Translations under genes and position numbers: made by a program
Shown here: one piece after another, positions 48,025 through 58,778 of the stretch
How positions within the stretch are numbered: the first letter of the stretch is position 1
How the letters are laid out: each line of letters begins with the position of its first letter
Notes under the pieces: model-generated
Told to the model about the DNA's origin: nothing
The model's input: the letters and a program-made list of their open reading frames with translations, nothing else
Databases searched by the model: none
Assembly (NCBI GenBank): GCA_963755715.1
Contig: CAVWLW010000026.1
Span: forward strand, 64,001-128,000
Length of the DNA stretch: 64,000 nucleotides
Direction: 5' to 3'
From: an uncultured delta proteobacterium
GTDB taxonomy: Bacteria; Desulfobacterota; Binatia; UBA9968

Positions 48025-49008
48025 CTATCGATAAATGCTCTTGATAAAACCGCTGCTCTCGAGATCGCGCACGAAGCGGTCTTCGACCAGGGAATCGACT
48101 TTCACCGCCGCCATCTTGGGATCAGATTCGGCGAGGATTTGCATCAAACTGGTGAGCCCTTCCCGTCTGATATAAGGCACTCGCTCAAACAGGTCGGCAA
48201 AGAGCTGGTGGGTTTCTTCCAAGACTTTATCGTCTTCGACTCGAGGTATTTGCCGATCTGGCGTTTGGCGAAGAGCTTGTCGTTTTTGAAACGCCGGATG
48301 CCTTCCACGGCGCCCGCCAAAAACGGCCTGACGAGATTGCCGTTTTTCTCCAGAAAAGCCGCGCTCACCGTCACGTAAGTGTACGGATAATAAATGTCCT
48401 TCTTCGACAGATCCATCAGCTCGGCGAAGCCCAGCCTCTCCGCCTGTAAATGCGCCGGCGGCGACAGCGCGCCGACCTGGCTCGTGCCGCTCCGCAGCGA
48501 GGCGAGCACGTTGGGAATGCTGCCGACCTGAAGAATCACCGCGTCCTTTTCCGCCGCCGGCGCCCAATTTTTGAGAAACAACCGCGCCGAAAAATCCGTG
48601 GTCGTGCCGTATCGGGTAATCGCGATCCGCTTGCCGGGAATGTCCGCGGCGGCTTTTGATCTGCGGCGAAGCCATCATCTTCATGACCATGCGATTGAGA
48701 CTTCCCGCCACGCCGATGATCGTTCTTCGCTGCGCATTGGCATGGATGATCGCCGGACCGCCGCCGATGCCGAAGGCGATCTCGCCAGCGAGCATCGATT
48801 GAAACAGCTGCGCCGTGCCGCCGACGTAAACAAGATCGACTTTGAGGCCATGCTGTTCGAAATAGCCGCCCTCTTTCGCGGTCCACAGCCAAGCCATCGA
48901 CCCGCTCATCGCCGAGAAGCCGACCCGTATTCGCTGCTCTTGTGCCGACGCGGCAAGCGATGACATTGTAATCAGCATAAGCGCAACGAGTAACGCGATC
49001 TTTTTCAT
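48025..49008 (-). CDS. ABC transporter SBP, NitT/TauT family (internal frameshifts)
   Basis: Signal peptide; 'LWTAKEGGYFEQHGL', 'LESSGFIKSIYR'; central part in an alternative frame (48144-48581). Confidence 0.82.
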   Translation of the reverse strand: MKKIALLVALMLITMSSLAASAQEQRIRVGFSAMSGSMAWLWTAKEGGYFEQHGLKVDLVYVGGTAQLFQSMLAGEIAFGIGGGPAIIHANAQRRTIIGVAGSLNRMVMKMMASPQIKSRRGHSRQADRDYPIRHDHGFFGAVVSQKLGAGGGKGRGDSSGRQHSQRARLAAERHEPGRRAVAAGAFTGGEAGLRRADGSVEEGHLLSVHLRDGERGFSGEKRQSRQAVFGGRRGRHPAFQKRQALRQTPDRQIPRVEDDKVLEETHQLFADLFERVPYIRREGLTSLMQILAESDPKMAAVKVDSLVEDRFVRDLESSGFIKSIYR

Positions 49009-49148
49009 TGATGCCCCAGAGAGTTTCGCGACCTTTTGCAAATTTATTCTATGTTTTACATCTGTCAACACGGACCAAGAATTCTCGCGGAACACCCATT
49101 TTGGAGCTCGGCGCGTCAATAATCTACTATGTGCTAACGCGGTGAGAG

Positions 49149-50579
49149 CTAACTAAAAATTTCTTTCCACTTCGCCTTGATCTCGTCCCGGTAACCGGGA
49201 TCGATGGAATGAACCTTGGGAAACTTATCGCGCCAGGCAAAAGGCCGGCACGCGTCGATTATCGCCCGCGAGTTGGTGAAATCGCCGGCGCTGCGCTGTT
49301 CAGGCGTAAGCCGCGGATCGATGGGGCTGCTCCAGCAATTACTCGCGATCTCGATGCCGGTCTTTGGATCGCAGCGGGTGCACACGGCCCACATGACGTC
49401 GGCCATGTTCGCGGGATCGATATCGTCGTCCACGAGCACGACGAAACGGCCGAGATAGCCGCCCTCGCGCGCGCCGAGAGCGATGTGCGCCGCTTGCCGG
49501 GCGTGGCCGCCGTAGCGTTGTTTGAGCGAGATCACCTGAAAGAAGCGCATGCCCCATTCGGCGAGCCACACGCCTTTGATGTCGGTGATGCCGGCTTGCT
49601 CGATTTCGTTCCATAAGCCCGCCGCGCAGAAAACCAAAAACAAATAACTCGACAACGGATAACTCTTGAAATCCGGCAGCACGGTGAGAATCGGATCGTT
49701 GCGATGGTAAACCGATTTGATTCGAATCAGCGGCGACGGGCGCGTTCCCGAGGCGTAGTAGCCGGTCCACTCGCCGAATGGCCCTTCCATTTCCGATTCG
49801 ACTTCGGGTGGCGGGATTTCTCCTTCGAGCACAATGTCCGCCCCGGCGGGAATCGGCAGCCCGGTCATTTCGCCATGGATCACTTCCACCGGAGACTTTT
49901 GAATATGACCGGCGAAATCGTATTCCGACATGCCCCAGGGTAAACCGACGCCTGCCACCGCGAACAACACCGGATCGATGCCGCAGACCAAGGCCACCGG
50001 ACAGGCGCGTCCCTGCTCCCAATATTTCTGCGCGATCAAACGGGTCTGTTTTCCCGGCGACACGTAAAGAGAAACCCGCTGCTCATCGATCACCTGAACG
50101 CGGGCGGTGCCGAGATTGACCCAGCCCGCATCCGGATCCTTCGTAATCACTGCGTCGGCCGTGCCGAGATATCTGCCGCCGTCTTCGCGGTGCAGCTTGG
50201 GCGCGGGAAAGCGCAAAACGTTGGCGTCCTTGCCGGCGAAAAAATTTTCCTGGATCGGTCCGTTGTCGCGCAAGACCGGCGGCAGCGGCGCCACGGACTT
50301 CAAAATATCTTTGACTGCGCGCACTAGATCGACGCCCCTTAGAGTAGTCGGCAAGCCAAGAGCCAACGCGGTGCGCGACTGGGTTTGAAACATGTTCGTT
50401 AGAATGCGAAATCCCGGCGGATAATCCTTGATATCTTCAAAGAGCAGCGCCGGTGGATTGGGCTCCGCGCCGGAGATTTCAGTGATCGCGCCGACTTCCA
50501 GGTTCCAATCGGCGTTGCGCACGGTTTTCAACTCGCCGAGCTTTTCTGTTCCCTTCAAGAACTCTCTCAAGTCAGTCAT
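49149..50579 (-). CDS. UbiD family (prFMN-dependent) decarboxylase
   Basis: 'DLREFL', 'ALLFEDIK.Y', 'DGGRYLGT', 'EGPFGEWTGYY', 'VDDDID'. Confidence 0.93.
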   Translation of the reverse strand: MTDLREFLKGTEKLGELKTVRNADWNLEVGAITEISGAEPNPPALLFEDIKDYPPGFRILTNMFQTQSRTALALGLPTTLRGVDLVRAVKDILKSVAPLPPVLRDNGPIQENFFAGKDANVLRFPAPKLHREDGGRYLGTADAVITKDPDAGWVNLGTARVQVIDEQRVSLYVSPGKQTRLIAQKYWEQGRACPVALVCGIDPVLFAVAGVGLPWGMSEYDFAGHIQKSPVEVIHGEMTGLPIPAGADIVLEGEIPPPEVESEMEGPFGEWTGYYASGTRPSPLIRIKSVYHRNDPILTVLPDFKSYPLSSYLFLVFCAAGLWNEIEQAGITDIKGVWLAEWGMRFFQVISLKQRYGGHARQAAHIALGAREGGYLGRFVVLVDDDIDPANMADVMWAVCTRCDPKTGIEIASNCWSSPIDPRLTPEQRSAGDFTNSRAIIDACRPFAWRDKFPKVHSIDPGYRDEIKAKWKEIFS

Positions 50580-50656
50580 AGTTACTTCCCTCTAAACACG
50601 GTGAAGTTCGATTTTTTCACCGGGACATCATGAATGGGATTGAAGTCATTCGGAGT

Positions 50657-50735
50657 CCCTTCGACAGGCTCAGGACAAACGGGAAAAACTTGCAACAGCT
50701 GAGAGAAATCCGTGCATGCTGAGCTTGTCGAAGCA
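50657..50735. repeat. CCCTTCGACA.GCTCAG-type REP doublet
   Basis: cccttcgacaggctcaggacaaacgg ... ccgtgcatgctgagcttgtcgaagca. Confidence 0.7.
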
Positions 50736-50794
50736 TTCCGAGTTCTTTTGCAGCACCCTGCTGGTGAAGAATCCTCTTTTCGAGAGCCGTTGAC

Positions 50795-51760
50795 TCAGCC
50801 TTTGATGATTTCTCGCAGCAAGCGAAAGTCATACATCTTCTGCTCCGCCTGCTGGCGCGTAACATTTTGGATTTCCGTTTTCGGCAGCATCAAGCGTGAC
50901 AGCTCGAAGTCGTCGATCAGCGAGCGCTCCGACGGCACGCCGTCGTTGGTCATGATGCCGTAGTAGAAATCATAGGTTTGCTTGGCGACCTCGGGCTCCA
51001 TGGGAGTGACGCGGTTGAGCGCCGTAATACTTTCGCTCTGGTTCTTCTTGTCGAGAAAAAACCTAAGACCCTTCACCGTTCCCCTGATAAAGCGGCGCAC
51101 TAGTTCCGTTTGTTGTTGAATCAGCCTTTCGGAAGTCACCAGGCCCGACATCGGCATCTGAATCGCATCGCCGACGTAGCCCAGGCGCACCATTCCCATT
51201 TTATCCGCCATATTGGTGAACGGCGGCCGAATCAGTCCGGCCTCGACGGCGCCGCCGGCAAGCGCCGGCCAGATATCGCCGACCGATAAGATGCGCACGT
51301 CGCGATCCGCATCGAGACCGAGGCGCTCCACCACCTTGCGCGTCGCGTAATAAGTCGTCGAGCCCAAGCCGGTCACGGCGATCCGTTTGCCTTTTAAATC
51401 CGCGGCCGCGCGCACACCGAGATCCGGGCGCGCGTATAAAAAGTGATAGGGCTTGTCGCAATAAACCATGATCGCCTTGATCGTCATGCCGGAGAGCGCG
51501 GCCCGAACGCCGGTGCCGAGGGCGAGCGTGAAATGAACCGATCCCGCTTGCAGCGCCTGGGAAGCGGTCACGCCGCCGCGGATGTAGAGGTCTTTCACTT
51601 GAAAGCCTTCGTCGCGATAAAAATTTTTCTCCTTGGCGATATAGTAAGGGATGTCGCCGAAGGTCAGCGCCGGATGAGCGACGAAGATTTCCTGGGCGAA
51701 ACTATTGTCGGGTATACCGGCGAATAACACGGCAATAATGCCGACCGCTAGCAAGACCAC
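50795..51760 (-). CDS. ABC transporter SBP, NitT/TauT family
   Basis: 'YIAKEKNFYRDEG', 'DLKGKRIAVTGLGS', 'YDFRLLRE'. Confidence 0.88.
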   Translation of the reverse strand: MVLLAVGIIAVLFAGIPDNSFAQEIFVAHPALTFGDIPYYIAKEKNFYRDEGFQVKDLYIRGGVTASQALQAGSVHFTLALGTGVRAALSGMTIKAIMVYCDKPYHFLYARPDLGVRAAADLKGKRIAVTGLGSTTYYATRKVVERLGLDADRDVRILSVGDIWPALAGGAVEAGLIRPPFTNMADKMGMVRLGYVGDAIQMPMSGLVTSERLIQQQTELVRRFIRGTVKGLRFFLDKKNQSESITALNRVTPMEPEVAKQTYDFYYGIMTNDGVPSERSLIDDFELSRLMLPKTEIQNVTRQQAEQKMYDFRLLREIIKG

Positions 51761-51800
51761 GCGAAGTTCGAGAACCTCCCAGCACGATTTTCTCCGTAAA

Positions 51801-52812
51801 TTATTTAAGCTGCGCCATCAAGTCGCGCCAACGCCGGATAAAGCCGAGCTTGTCGTCGAAGTGAACGTTCAGCCAGATTTTTTTTACGCCGTAGCCCGCC
51901 ATGCGTGTCGAGCGTGGCGAGACAATCGTCGGCTGTTCCGACGATCGCATAGCGATCGGCAAGATACGATTCCAAACCGCTCTCGCGCACCAGCGCCGCG
52001 TTAGTCGTTCCTGCGCCGGGCTTTTGATGCTCTAAATAATTGTAGCCTTTGTGGATGCGCTCGAGGATATCCTTGTACTCCGGCGGCACTTGCTTGTCCT
52101 GTTCCGGGAAGCGCGCCAAATGATTTGCTTTGGCGGCGAGCAGCATGCGGATCACCGACAAGGCTTCGTCGCGACTGTTACCGATATACGCGCTCAAAGC
52201 CCACCAGACATCGAGATCATCGAGCTTTCGCCCGGTGCGCGCGGCGCCTGCGCTGATCGACGCATAGGCGTGGCGCACCACGTCGTCGCCAACCCCGGTG
52301 CCGACGATAACGCCGTCGGCGTATTCTCCGGCGAGCTCGAGAGTCTTCGGTCCGTGACCGGCGATGTAGATCGGGATATCCGCTTTGCCCCAGGTCAATT
52401 TGAGCTCATGACCCTGATAGTTTGTGCTCTCGCCGCGCAGCAGCGCCCGCAGACAGGCGGTAAACTCGCCGAGCACTGCAAGCTTCACCGGTTTTAGACC
52501 GATATTGAAAACTGCGCTGTCGCCGGTACCGAGCCCCGCAAAGACCCGCCCCGGCGCCAATTCGTTCAACGTCAAAAGCGCGCTCGCCGTCACGGTGGGA
52601 TGGCGCGTGAGCGCATTGGTCACCCGCGGCCCAAGCTGAATCGATTTCGTCGCCTGCATCCCTGCAACGCAGCTGATATAGAGCTCGCGATAGATCGCCT
52701 GCGAGTCGACCATGCCGATCCGCTCGAAACCGGCCTCTTCGGAAGCGCGACACCATTCACTGACTTCTCTGGGATGATTGGGCGCGAAGCTGATGCCAAA
52801 AGAAAGTGCCAT
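51801..52812 (-). CDS. LLM-class oxidoreductase, Mer-like (possibly F420-dependent); frameshifts near the C-terminus
   Basis: 'VDSQAIYRELY', 'GPRVTNALTRHPTVTASA', 'GLGTGDSA', 'IYIAGHGPKTLELAGEYADGV'; corrected end 'GVKKIWLN...MAQLK*'. Confidence 0.85.
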
Positions 52813-52853
52813 CGAGAGATCTCCTCAGAGTTGAGCCGATTTAAAACCTGCCG

Positions 52854-54945
52854 CTACGTTTTCGGCGCGACGTTCACCGCGCCATCATCGAACGACATTT
52901 CATAATCGCCAAAGTCGTTGACCGAGAGTTCCCACTGTGGCGGAATCACCACCGTCGTCGTCGGCTCTTCGACAATCGCCGGCCCATGCACCGTCATGGA
53001 TGGCGCCAACCCGGCGCCGTCGAATACCGGTGCTTCGATCTTCACGCCATCGAAAACAACCTGGCGCCGTTTGCTCTCGACCGATCGACTCGAATGAGTC
53101 GTGCGCTTTTCCGACGACGGCCGTTCGGTTCGGCCGACGGCGGTGAGCCGCCAATGGAGCGCTTCGGCGGGCTGATCCGGCAAATTGTAACTATAGAGCC
53201 GGCGGTGTTGGGCATCGAAGGCCTTCTTGAGCTCGGTGAAACTTTCGTCCGGCGCGGCAAACGGGATCGTCACCTCGTGGAACTGGCCAACGTACTTTAG
53301 ATCGACGCCGTAGGATAGCTCGATGTCTTCTTTGCGCACGCCTTCTTGACTCAGAGTCTCGATCGCTTCCTCCGCCATCTCTCGGTAAAGCGCGTGAATT
53401 TTTTCCGGCGAAATTTTCGTAAGCTCGCCGGACAAGGTGCGCACATAGTCGTGTTTCAAGTCCGACAAAAGCATTCCCGCCGCGCAGAAAACCGACGCGT
53501 TGCGCGGAATCAGCAAATGACGAATTCCCAACTCCGCCGCGATCGCCGCGGCGTGCACCGCGCCGGCGCCGCCGGCGACGATCAGCACGCACTGGCGCGG
53601 GTCGTGCCCGGCGCCGATCGAGACTAATCGGATGGCGTCGGCCATCGTCGTATTGACCAGCCGATGGATGCCCTCCGCTGCGTGCAGCCTGTCGATCGCC
53701 AATGGCCCGGCGATCTTGTCGGCAATACCGTTCTCAGCCGCGGCCAAATCGAGCCGAAACTTGCCGCCGAGAAAGTCATCCGCGCCCAAATAGCCCAAAA
53801 CCAGATCGGCGTCGGTCACGGTTGGCGCCGTACCGCCGCGGCCATAGCAAATGGGTCCGGGATCGGCGCCGGCGCTGGCCGGCCCGACCTGCAACACGCC
53901 GCCTTCATCGACGACGGCGATGCTGCCGCCGCCCGCGCCGACGGTGCGAATATCGAGCACGGGAAAGGCCATCGCGTGGCCGCCCACCGATCCTTCTGTC
54001 GTGAAACTAACCTGGCCGTTCTTGATGAAAGAAACGTCAAAGCTCGTGCCGCCCATGTCCATGGTGATGAGATCCTGGTGACCGGCTCGCGTGCCGCAAA
54101 AAATCCCCGCCACCGGCCCGCCCGCCGGTCCCGACAAAAGCGTGCGACAGGCAAAGCGCGCAGCCATCTCGGGCGCCATCACGCCGCCGTTGGACTGCAT
54201 AATCAGCAATCGGCCGTAAAACCCGGCGCTCTCCAGACGCGCCGTCAAGCGTTCGAGATAGCGGGTCAGAATCGGTCCGACGTAGGCGTTAAGCGCGGTT
54301 GCGCTGTGTCGCTCATAGGCGCGCAGCTGTGGCAACACCTCGGTCGACAACGAAACATAGGCGGTGGGAAAATCTTCTTTGAGAATTTCTGCGACTTCGA
54401 GCTCGTGGACCGGATTCAAGAACGAGAAGAGAAAACTCACCGCCACCGATTCGACGCCGTTGCGCGTTTAAGCGCGTCGAATGACTGCGCGCGACGCCCT
54501 GGCGGTCCAACGGGACATTCTCGCGCCCTTCGCAATCGACGCGCTCGACGACGGTATAGCTCAAAGAGCGCGGCACCAGCGGCGCGGGCGGCGCGCATTT
54601 GGAATTGAACTGATCCTCGCGCACGCCGCGGCGCATCAACAACACATCGCGAAATCCCTCGGTGGTGACAAAGCCGGTTTTGGCGCCTCGGCCGGTAAGC
54701 ACGGCGTTGGTAGTGATCGTCGTGCCGTGCACGATGCGTATCACCGCCGCGAGAAAATCATTAATTGGAAGCCCAGTTTTGCTCGCGAGCTTTTCGAGAC
54801 CGTCCAACACCCCTTTGGAAGGATCTTCCGGCGTGGTGAAAGTCTTCTCGACGACGGTGCTTCCGTCGGCCTGCACCAGAACACAGTCGGTAAAAGTCCC
54901 ACCGACGTCGATACCGATCAAAGAGCCTGTTTTAATCCGGGACAT
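52854..54945 (-). CDS. Hydantoinase A / oxoprolinase alpha subunit (frameshifts near 54460-54500)
   Basis: 'GIDVGGTFTD', 'HGTTITTNA', 'LSGPAGG', 'DMGGTSFD', 'GAGGGSIA', 'PGPICYG', 'GPAIVEEPTTT'. Confidence 0.9.
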
Positions 54946-55147
54946 TGCGCGGTGCGGGTCGAAGCAAGAATTGCGGCACCAAAAAGTCTTGGCAAGTTCC
55001 GAGCCTCGCTATTGAGGATTGATCATCATGAGACGTTCATTTCCATTGGAATCGGGATTGGTATGTGCGCCCGGGAAATCTTTTTAGTCCATTGCAGCCA
55101 CCCCTCTTTGAAAAAGAGGGGCCGGGGGAGATTTATTGCTATCGTGT

Positions 55148-56950
55148 TCACGCAGATTTTCGCTCCGCGGCCTTCCGCCGCGAGCGTTCTTGTTGGGTCG
55201 CCTGCAAATTGATCTTACGATTGCCATCCGCACCGGCAATCGCCACGCCATAGTCGGCCAGCGCCGCTCCTTCCGACACCAGCCCGTCAATGACGTCATG
55301 TAGAACTTGATCGGCGTCGCGCTCCAGTGGATCGCCGAACCCGCCACCGCCCTGAGACACGAGCTCGAAAGTATCTCCTTCATCGATCGCGTGAAAAGCA
55401 TTGACGCCTAGCTCTCGCTGCGTGCCGTCGCGCGAAATAACTTTCATCCGCGGCAACGAGCCCGGCTTAGCGCCCAGGAGACCATAGGCGCGCGTCTCTT
55501 CGAGCATGCCCGAGCCGACAGTGACGCATTGGATCTCGGACGTTTCGACGCGCCAGCGGAGCATGGCGCCGGTGCCGCCGCGCCATCGTCCGGCTCCGCC
55601 CGTGTCCGGCGCCAACTCGTATTGCAATAGTGTGTACGGGTACGCCACTTCGAAAATCTCCGGGTCGGTGGCGCGCGAGCCGCCCATGTTACTCACCGGA
55701 CCGGTGTGGTTCCAACCATCGTAGCCTTCCGTGGCGCCCGAGCCGCCTTTGCAATTGTGATGCGTGCACACGAAGGCTCGGCCGGTGCGCGGGTTGTGCC
55801 CAGCGCTCATCGGCGCGCATCTGCGGCCCCAGCCGGCTTGCGACTGGGCGGGAACCGCCTTGGCCAGCGCGATCCAGATCGCGTCGGCGATGGCTGCGCA
55901 AGTGAGCAACGTCGACGCCGTCGTCGGCGCCGGCGGACGGCAATTGACGATGGAACCTTCCGGCGCGACGATGTCGATCAAGCGCAGCGAGCCGGCGTTG
56001 ATCGCAATCGCCGAACCGATACAGGCAAACAGCGCCTGGAAGCAGACCGACGCCGTGTTCGCCAAGGGACTGTTGACGTAGCCTCGCGTCTGCTTATCTG
56101 AGCGGGAAAAATCGAAGCTTAATCTCTGGCCGTCGACTTTGAGATCGACGCGGACGTTCGCCACGCGGTCCATTTCAATGCCGTCGTTGTCGAGCCCGCG
56201 CTCGCCGGAATAGGCGCCGTCCGGGATAGCGTGAATCGCGGCGGCCATCTTTTTTTCCGTGGCGCTCAAATAGGAATCGATCGCTGCTTCTACAGTCGCG
56301 CTGCCGTAGCGATCCAGCAGCTCTATTAGCGCTTCTTCGCCCCGCGCCGTTGCGCCGATCTGACAATGCAGATCGCCTTCGACCAGATGACGGCTCTTGA
56401 CGTTTAAGAGGATCAGATCCCAGATGTCGCTTTGGTATGTGCCGCGATCGTAGAGCTTGATCGCCGGCAAACGCAGCCCCTCTTCCCAAACCGTTTTGGC
56501 CGCCGGGTTGTAACCCGCCACACCGGCGCCGCCGAGATCCGCCTGGTGCCCTTTGGTCACTGACCAGAAAGCGAGCCGTTCCTGGTAAAACACCGGGCGC
56601 GCGATGGTAACGTCGGGAAGGTGGCTGTTACCCTCGTAAGGATCATTGGCGATGATCACGTCGCCGGCATGAAGCTCCTGGTTTTGATATTTGCGACAGA
56701 TCGCCTTCATGGCGAAAGGGATCGCGCCGAGCAGCACGGGAATATAAGAAGTCTGGGCAACCAATTGCGCCTGGTCATCGAAGATCGCAGTAACAAAGTC
56801 GCGCGACTCGCTGAAGATCGGCGAGCGCGACGTGAGCAGCATGATCTGCCCCATCTCCTTGGTAATGGCGGTAAGGCGGTTGGCGATCACCGCCACCGAG
56901 ATAGGATCAACGGATGGCGCGGTCATGGATAAATTCAGTTTCGCTGCCAT
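55148..56950 (-). CDS. Hydantoinase B / oxoprolinase beta subunit
   Basis: 'SPIFSESRDF', 'NDPY...SHLPD', 'HQADLGG', 'GGAGRWRGG', 'GGGGFGDPLER'. Confidence 0.92.
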   Translation of the reverse strand: MAAKLNLSMTAPSVDPISVAVIANRLTAITKEMGQIMLLTSRSPIFSESRDFVTAIFDDQAQLVAQTSYIPVLLGAIPFAMKAICRKYQNQELHAGDVIIANDPYEGNSHLPDVTIARPVFYQERLAFWSVTKGHQADLGGAGVAGYNPAAKTVWEEGLRLPAIKLYDRGTYQSDIWDLILLNVKSRHLVEGDLHCQIGATARGEEALIELLDRYGSATVEAAIDSYLSATEKKMAAAIHAIPDGAYSGERGLDNDGIEMDRVANVRVDLKVDGQRLSFDFSRSDKQTRGYVNSPLANTASVCFQALFACIGSAIAINAGSLRLIDIVAPEGSIVNCRPPAPTTASTLLTCAAIADAIWIALAKAVPAQSQAGWGRRCAPMSAGHNPRTGRAFVCTHHNCKGGSGATEGYDGWNHTGPVSNMGGSRATDPEIFEVAYPYTLLQYELAPDTGGAGRWRGGTGAMLRWRVETSEIQCVTVGSGMLEETRAYGLLGAKPGSLPRMKVISRDGTQRELGVNAFHAIDEGDTFELVSQGGGGFGDPLERDADQVLHDVIDGLVSEGAALADYGVAIAGADGNRKINLQATQQERSRRKAAERKSA

Positions 56951-57188
56951 GATAAGCTATTTCCAACGTGGTGAAAATTTGTCGCCGATCTCAATCGTAG
57001 CAAACATGTGATTAGTAGCTGCGATCGGCTTATGGTGTCAAGCGCCGATCTACGGTTGCGCAATTCGCCGATGGTGCAAATGTTTGTCCTCTCTCCTCGT
57101 CTCCCTGTCTCCCGATCGCCACACCAGTTCTCCCATTTGCCATTCGATTTTTTCGGAGTTATACCGAAAAAAATCAAGAGATAACGTC

Positions 57189-57362
57189 ATGGGAGACTTG
57201 CCAGATATCGACGCAACTGAACTCTCTTCCGAGCAGCGCGCGATCTACGATCAGATCATTCGCGCGTCCGGTCACAGGCGCGGGACGCTCGCTTTGCGGC
57301 TGCGCAACGCCGAGCTGCTGAGCCACTCACGCGCAAAGGATCTCTATCGGCTTCCAGAGTAG
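57189..57362 (+). pseudogene. 5' remnant of a CMD/AhpD-like gene paralogous to 46261-46803
   Basis: MGDLPDIDATELSSEQRAIYDQIIRASGHRRGTLALRLRNAELL versus MPRLPEIDATQLSPEQHVIYDRLMRERGHMRGPFAVWLRNAELC; similarity then stops. Confidence 0.75.
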
Positions 57363-57388
57363 CAGATTTTTGCCCGGCTGGGTTCCCC

Positions 57389-58583
57389 ATGTCCTTCGCA
57401 CAGGAAATTGTTTGCGCGCGTTGTCAGAAAAAGTTTCGGCCTATCTGAGCTCCTCAACCTCTGCCCCTGCGGTTCGCCTCTGCTGGTTCGTTACAATCTC
57501 AAAACCGCGAAAACCTTCGACAAGTCTTCGCTCCACCATCGAATCGCTTCGCTGTGGCGCTACCGCGAGCTTTTGCCGCTGCAAGATGACGCCAATCTAG
57601 TCTCTTTGGGCGAAGGCTGGACGCCGCTTCTGCGCGCAAAGAAGCTCGGCACCGAGCTGGGTTTGCACCAACTTTGGATCAAAGACGAAGGGCAAAATCC
57701 GACCGGCTCCTTCAAGGATCGCGGCCTTGCGCTGGCGATCTCCCGCGCAAAAGAATTGGGCGTAAAAAAGGCGGCGATTCCATCGGCGGGAAACGCCGGC
57801 GGCTCTTTTGCGGCTTATGCCGCGCGTGCCGGCATCGAAGCTCACGTGTTCATGCCGCGCGATACACCGATGGCGAATCGGATTGAAGTGGAGCAGTACG
57901 GTGCCAAACTCACCTTGGTCGACGGCCTGATCCATGATTGCGGCCGCATCATCGCCGAAAAGAAATCAACCGAAGGCTGGTTCGACGTCTCTACGCTGAA
58001 AGAGCCCTATCGGCTCGAAGGCAAAAAGACCATGGGCTACGAGATTGCCGAACAACTCAATTGGCATCTGCCGGATGTGATCATCTACCCCACCGGCGGC
58101 GGCACGGGACTCATCGGCATGTGGAAAGCTTTTGCCGAGCTCGAAGAACTGGGCTGGATCGGCAGCGCGCGGCCGCGCATGGTATCGGTTCAAGCGAGCG
58201 GCTGCGCGCCGATCGTCAAAGCCTTTACCGAAAACAAATCGACCGCGGAGCTTTGGCAAAATGCTGCAACCATCGCCGCCGGTTTGCGCGTGCCGCAAGC
58301 GGTCGCGGATTTTTTAATATTACAAACGATCCGAGAGAGCCACGGTACGGCAATGAGCGTCAGCGACGACGAGATGCTGGCGGAAATTCCGCGGGTTGGA
58401 AAAGCCGAAGGCATTTTTTTCTGTCCCGAAGGCGCAGCTTGTGTGGCAGCGCTGCGCCGTCTGGTCGAAAACAGCTGGATCCACCCGAACGACGAGGTGC
58501 TTATTTTCAACACCGCAAGCGGTCTCAAATATATAGATGTCATCCACCGACCTTTCCTATCGAGTTCGCGGACGAGAAATTAG
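57389..58583 (+). CDS. thrC: Threonine synthase-like PLP enzyme (frameshift near 57430)
   Basis: N-terminal CxxC/CxC; 'SLGEGWTPL', 'NPTGSFKDRG' (PLP Lys), 'EGKKTMGYEIAEQ', 'YPTGGGTG'. Confidence 0.82.
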
Positions 58584-58778
58584 CACGGACAGCCTTTCCG
58601 AATCGCGCGAGATTGTCGTGAGCTGAATATGAAGCAGCGGCACATCATGCGGAAAATGGATTGTATCCACCGTCTCGCGCGATAACCAGAGTTTTTTGAG
58701 CGATTTCCATCTGCTACTTGAAAGTACATCGCCGGCGCGCGAATCTAATAGAGACATACAAACCATACGGGGGACAAG

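Noticed and set aside
49149-50579. Calling this the ubiquinone-pathway ubiD
   Set aside because: Family motifs are clear, but the context is catabolic with no ubi genes, so no gene symbol was assigned.
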